Below are positions 60,001 to 64,000 of a stretch of 64,000 nt of DNA, piece after piece. The DNA is from Eledone cirrhosa (taxonomy: Eukaryota). The DNA is taken from contig OZ024741.1 of NCBI GenBank assembly GCA_964016885.1, forward strand, positions 32,860,001 to 32,924,000. Direction: 5' to 3'. The position numbers were made by a program, and so were the translations under genes. Within the stretch, counting starts at the first letter, position 1; every line of letters starts with the position of its first letter. The notes under the pieces are model-generated. The model saw only the letters and a list, made by a program, of their open reading frames with translations. It did not search any database and was not told the DNA's origin.

Positions 60001-63000
60001 CAGTATATATGTGTCTTACAGTATATATGTGTCTTACAGTATATATGTGTCTTACAGTATCTATGTGTCTTACAGTATATATGTGTCTTCCAGTATATAT
60101 ATGTCTTACAGTATATATGTGTCTTACAGTATATATGTGTCTTCCAGTATATATATGTCTTACAGTATATATGTGTCTTACAGTATATATGTGTCTTACA
60201 GTATATCTATGTCTTACAGTATATATGTGTCTTACAGTATATATATATGTGTCTTACAGTATATATGTGTCTTACAGTATATATGTGTCTTACAGTATAT
60301 ATGTGTCTTACAGTATATATGTGTCTTACAGTATATACGTGTCTTACAGTATATATATGTCTTACAGTATATATGTGTTTTACAGTATATACGTGTCTTA
60401 CAGTATATATGTGTGTTACAGTATATATATGTGTCTTACAGTATATATGTGTCTTACAGTATATATATGTGTCTTACAGTATATATGTGTCTTACAGTAT
60501 ATATGTGTCTTACAGTATATATATGTGTCTTACAGTATATATGTGTCTTACAGTATATATCTGTCTTACAGTATCTATGTGTCTTACAGTATATATGTGT
60601 CTTACAGTATATATATGTCTTACAGTATATATGTGTCTTACAGTATATACGTGTCTTACAGTATATATGTGTCTTACAGTATATATATGTGTCTTACAGT
60701 ATATATGTGTCTTATAGTATATATGTGTCTTACAGTATATATCTGTCTTACAGTATATATGTGTCTTACAGTATATATGTGTCTTACAGTATATATCTGT
60801 CTTACAGTATATATGTGTCTTACAGTATATATGTGTCTTACAGTATATATGTGTCTTACAATATATATGTGTCTTACAGTATATATGTGTCTTACAGTAT
60901 ATATGTGTCTTACAGTATATATGTGTCTTACAGTATATATGTGTCTTACAGTATATATGTGTCTTAGAGTATATATATGTGTCTTACAGTATCTATGTGT
61001 CTTACAGTATCTATGTGTCTTACAGTATATATATGTGTCTTACAGTATCTATGTGTCTTACAGTATATATGTGTCTTACAGTATATATGTGTCTTACAGT
61101 ATATATATGTGTCTTACAGTATATATGTGTCTTACAGTATATATATGTGTCTTACAGTATAGATGTGTCTTACAGTATATATGTGTCTTACAGTATATAT
61201 ATGTGTCTTACAGTATCTATGTGTCTTAGAGTATATATGTGTCTTACAGTATATATGTGTCTTACAGTATATATATGTGTCTTACAGTATCTATGTGTCT
61301 TACAGTATGTATGTGTCTTACAGTATATATGTGTCTTACAGTATATATGTGTCTTACAGTATATATGTGTCTTACAGTATATATGTGTCTTACAGTATCT
61401 AAGTGTCTTACAGTATATATGTGTCTTACAGTATATATATGTGTCTTACAGTATATTTGTGTCTTACAGTATATATGTGTCTTACAGTATATATGTGTCT
61501 TACAGTATATATATGTCTTACAGTATATATATGTCTTACAGTATATATGTGTCTTACAGTATATATATGTCTTACAGTATATATGTGTCTTACAGTATAT
61601 ATGTGTCTTCCAGTATATATATGTCTTACAGTATATATGTGTCTTACAGTTTATATGTGTCTTTCAGTATATATGTGTCTTACAGTATCTATGTGTCTTA
61701 CAGTATATATGTGTCTTACAGTATATATATGTGTCTTACAGTATATATGTGTCTTACAGTATATATGTGTCTTACAGTATATATGTGTCTTACAGTATAT
61801 ATATGTCTTACAGTATATATATGTCTTACAGTATATATGTGTCTTACAGTATATATACGTCTTACAGTATATATGTGTCTTACAGTATATATGTGTCTTC
61901 CAGTATATATATGTCTTACAGTATATATGTGTCTTACAGTATATATGTGTCTTACAGTATATATGTGTCTTACAGTATCTATGTGTCTTACAGTATATAT
62001 GTGTCTTCCAGTATATATATGTCTTACAGTATATATGTGTCTTACAGTATATATGTGTCTTCCAGTATATATATGTCTTACAGTATATATGTGTCTTACA
62101 GTATATATGTGTCTTACAGTATATCTATGTCTTACAGTATATATGTGTCTTACAGTATATATATATGTGTCTTACAGTATACATGTGTCTTACAGTATCT
62201 ATGTGTCTTACAGTATCTATGTGTCTTACAGTATATATATGTGTCTTACAGTATCTATGTGTCTTACAGTATATATGTGTCTTACAGTATATATGTGTCT
62301 TACAGTATATATATGTGTCTTACAGTATATATGTGTCTTACAGTATATATATGTGTCTTACAGTATAGATGTGTCTTACAGTATATATGTGTCTTACAGT
62401 ATATATATGTGTCTTACAGTATCTATGTGTCTTACAGTATATATGTGTCTTACAGTATATATATGTGTCTTACAGTATATATGTGTCTTACAGTATATAT
62501 GTGTCTTACAGTATATATGTGTCTTACAGTATATATGTGTCTTACAGTATCTAAGTGTCTTACAGTATATATGTGTCTTACAGTATATATATGTGTCTTA
62601 CAGTATATTTGTGTCTTACAGTATATATGTGTCTTACAGTATATATGTGTCTTACAGTATATATATGTCTTACAGTATATATATGTGTCTTACAGTATAT
62701 ATGTGTCTTACAGTATATATATGTGTCTTACAGTATCTATGTCTCTTACAGTATATATGTGTCTTACAGTATATATATGTGTCTTACAGTATATATGTGT
62801 CTTACAGTATATATGTGTCTTACAGTATATATATGTGTCTTACAGTATCTATGTGTCTTACAGTATGTATGTGTCTTACAGTATATATGTGTCTTACAGT
62901 ATATATGTGTCTTACGGTATATATGTGTCTTACAGTATATCTATGTGTCTTACAGTATATATGTGTCTTACAGTATATATATGTGTCTTACAGTATATAT

Positions 63001-64000
63001 GTGTCTTACAGTATATATGTGTCTTACAGTATATATATGTGTCTTACAGTATATATGTGTCTTACAGTATATATGTGTCTTACAGTATATCTATGTGTCT
63101 TACAGTATATATGTGTCTTACAGTATATATATGTGTCTTACAGTATATATGTGTCTTACAGTATATATGTGTCTTACAGTATATCTATGTGTCTTACAGT
63201 ATATATGTGTCTTACAGTATATATATGTGTCTTACAGTATATATGTGTCTTACAGTATATATGTGTCTTACAGTATATATGTGTTTTACAGTATATATGT
63301 GTCTTACAGTATCTATGTGTCTTACAGTATATATGTGTCTTACAATATATATGTGTCTTACAGTATATATGTGTCTTACAGTATATATGTGTCTTACAGT
63401 ATATATGTGTCTTACAGTATATATGTCTCTTACAGTATATATATGTGTCTTACAGTATATATGTGTCTTACAGTATATATGTGTGTCTTACAGTATATAT
63501 GTGTCTTGCAGTATATATATGTGTCTTACAGTATATATGTGTCTTACAGTATATATGTGTCTTACAGTATATATGTGTCTTACAGTATATATGTGTCTTA
63601 CAGTATATATATGTGTCTTACAGTATATATGTGTCTTACAGTATATATATGTGTCTTACAGTATATATGTGTCTTACAGTATATATGTGTCTTACAATAT
63701 ATATGTGTCTTACAGTATATATGTGTCTTACAGTATATATGTGTCTTACAGTATATATGTGTCTTACAGTATCTAAGTGTCTTACAGTATATATGTGTCT
63801 TACAGTATATATATGTGTCTTACAGTATATTTGTGTCTTACAGTATATATGTGTCTTACAGTATATATGTGTCTTACAGTATATATATGTCTTACAGTAT
63901 ATATATGTCTTACAGTATATATGTGTCTTACAGTATATATATGTCTTACAGTATATATGTGTCTTACAGTATATATGTGTCTTCCAGTATATATATGTCT
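54020..64000. repeat. Right-hand HOR domain, offsets ~3800-3840, ~1918 and 8132 bp
   Basis: The CTAAGTGT monomer followed by GTATATTTGTGT occurs at ~55641, 57581, 59481, 61399, 62551 and 63773. ORF breakpoints 55645/59485, 57137/60977 and 57323/61163 are +3840. TCTATGTCTC (CTC at 54611/62743) and GTTTTAC (55151/63283) are +8132. Confidence 0.85.

Larger units (their letters stand above)
1..64000. repeat. AT-rich tandem satellite/minisatellite array, 18-bp consensus monomer CTTACAGTATATATGTGT, roughly 3,400-3,500 copies, single orientation, open at both window ends
   Basis: The monomer is visible directly from base 1 (cttacagtatatatgtgt) to the last line. Length variants differ in (TA)n or (TG)n count. 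No non-repeat sequence was seen. Copy number is estimated as 64000 divided by about 18.5. Confidence 0.99.

Noticed and set aside
13-63776. Many very long + strand ORFs (up to 2365 aa) of MCLTVY/ICVLQY/YVSYSI repeats
   Set aside because: All three frames are open simply because the 18-mer lacks stop codons on this strand. Frequent 2-bp indels swap frames freely, stops fall at random variants, and there is no non-repetitive domain or sign of frame selection.
1-64000. CRISPR array
   Set aside because: There are no unique spacers between repeats, the units are contiguous 18-20-mers, and no cas genes or leader are present.
1-64000. Telomerase-synthesised telomeric repeat
   Set aside because: There is no G-rich strand or GG/GGG core. 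Variants are inherited in kb-scale blocks, which indicates recombination or duplication and not templated addition. A subtelomeric location is not excluded.
1-64000. TATA boxes (TATATA) and GTCT/TGTCT transcription-factor motifs in each monomer
   Set aside because: These short motifs are expected by chance in an AT-rich repeat, with no gene or promoter context to support function.
1-64000. Z-DNA or G-quadruplex array
   Set aside because: The alternating tracts are only about 12 bp, mostly TA (poor Z formers), and are interrupted each unit. There are no G runs.
1-64000. Recursive-splicing ratchet points
   Set aside because: These require AG/GT (AGGT). The monomer has CAGTAT with a shared G, so it does not match.
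1-64000. Pure sequencing or rolling-circle artefact
   Set aside because: Rare variants and length patterns recur at exact kb offsets with several different nested periods, unlike random error or a single-period concatemer. Local misassembly of individual duplications still cannot be excluded without reads.
1-64000. Nucleosome-length (about 10 monomers, 185 bp) periodicity
   Set aside because: I could not see variants recurring at that spacing, and the 18-bp unit is not in helical phase. A spectral analysis would be needed.

Overview
The whole 64-kb window is one uninterrupted head-to-tail AT-rich tandem satellite/minisatellite. The consensus monomer is 18 bp, CTTACAGTATATATGTGT (5 A, 8 T, 3 G, 2 C; about 28% GC). 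Common 20-bp variants carry one extra TA, and rarer 16/22/24-bp variants also occur. I see no unique sequence, inversion, transposon insertion, RNA gene or credible protein-coding gene. The long + strand ORFs (MCLTVY / ICVLQY / YVSYSI hexapeptides) arise because the 18-bp unit has no stop codon in any + frame. The information lies in rare variant monomers, which mark a nested higher-order structure. Cassettes of about 1-1.3 kb form a ~3.46-kb higher-order repeat on the left. This is overlaid by later duplications with offsets of 4715, 3235, 1927, 4262, 3410/3040/1366, 3119, ~1600, 3840 and 8132 bp. The variant repertoire shifts at about 26 kb and again at about 55.6 kb. This looks like eukaryotic heterochromatic satellite DNA (inference). 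I cannot identify the organism or a named satellite family. I found no evidence for a new gene-based system, and the functional ideas below are flagged as speculation. Duplication boundaries are approximate, while offsets were read from diagnostic variants and from the ORF-track breakpoints.
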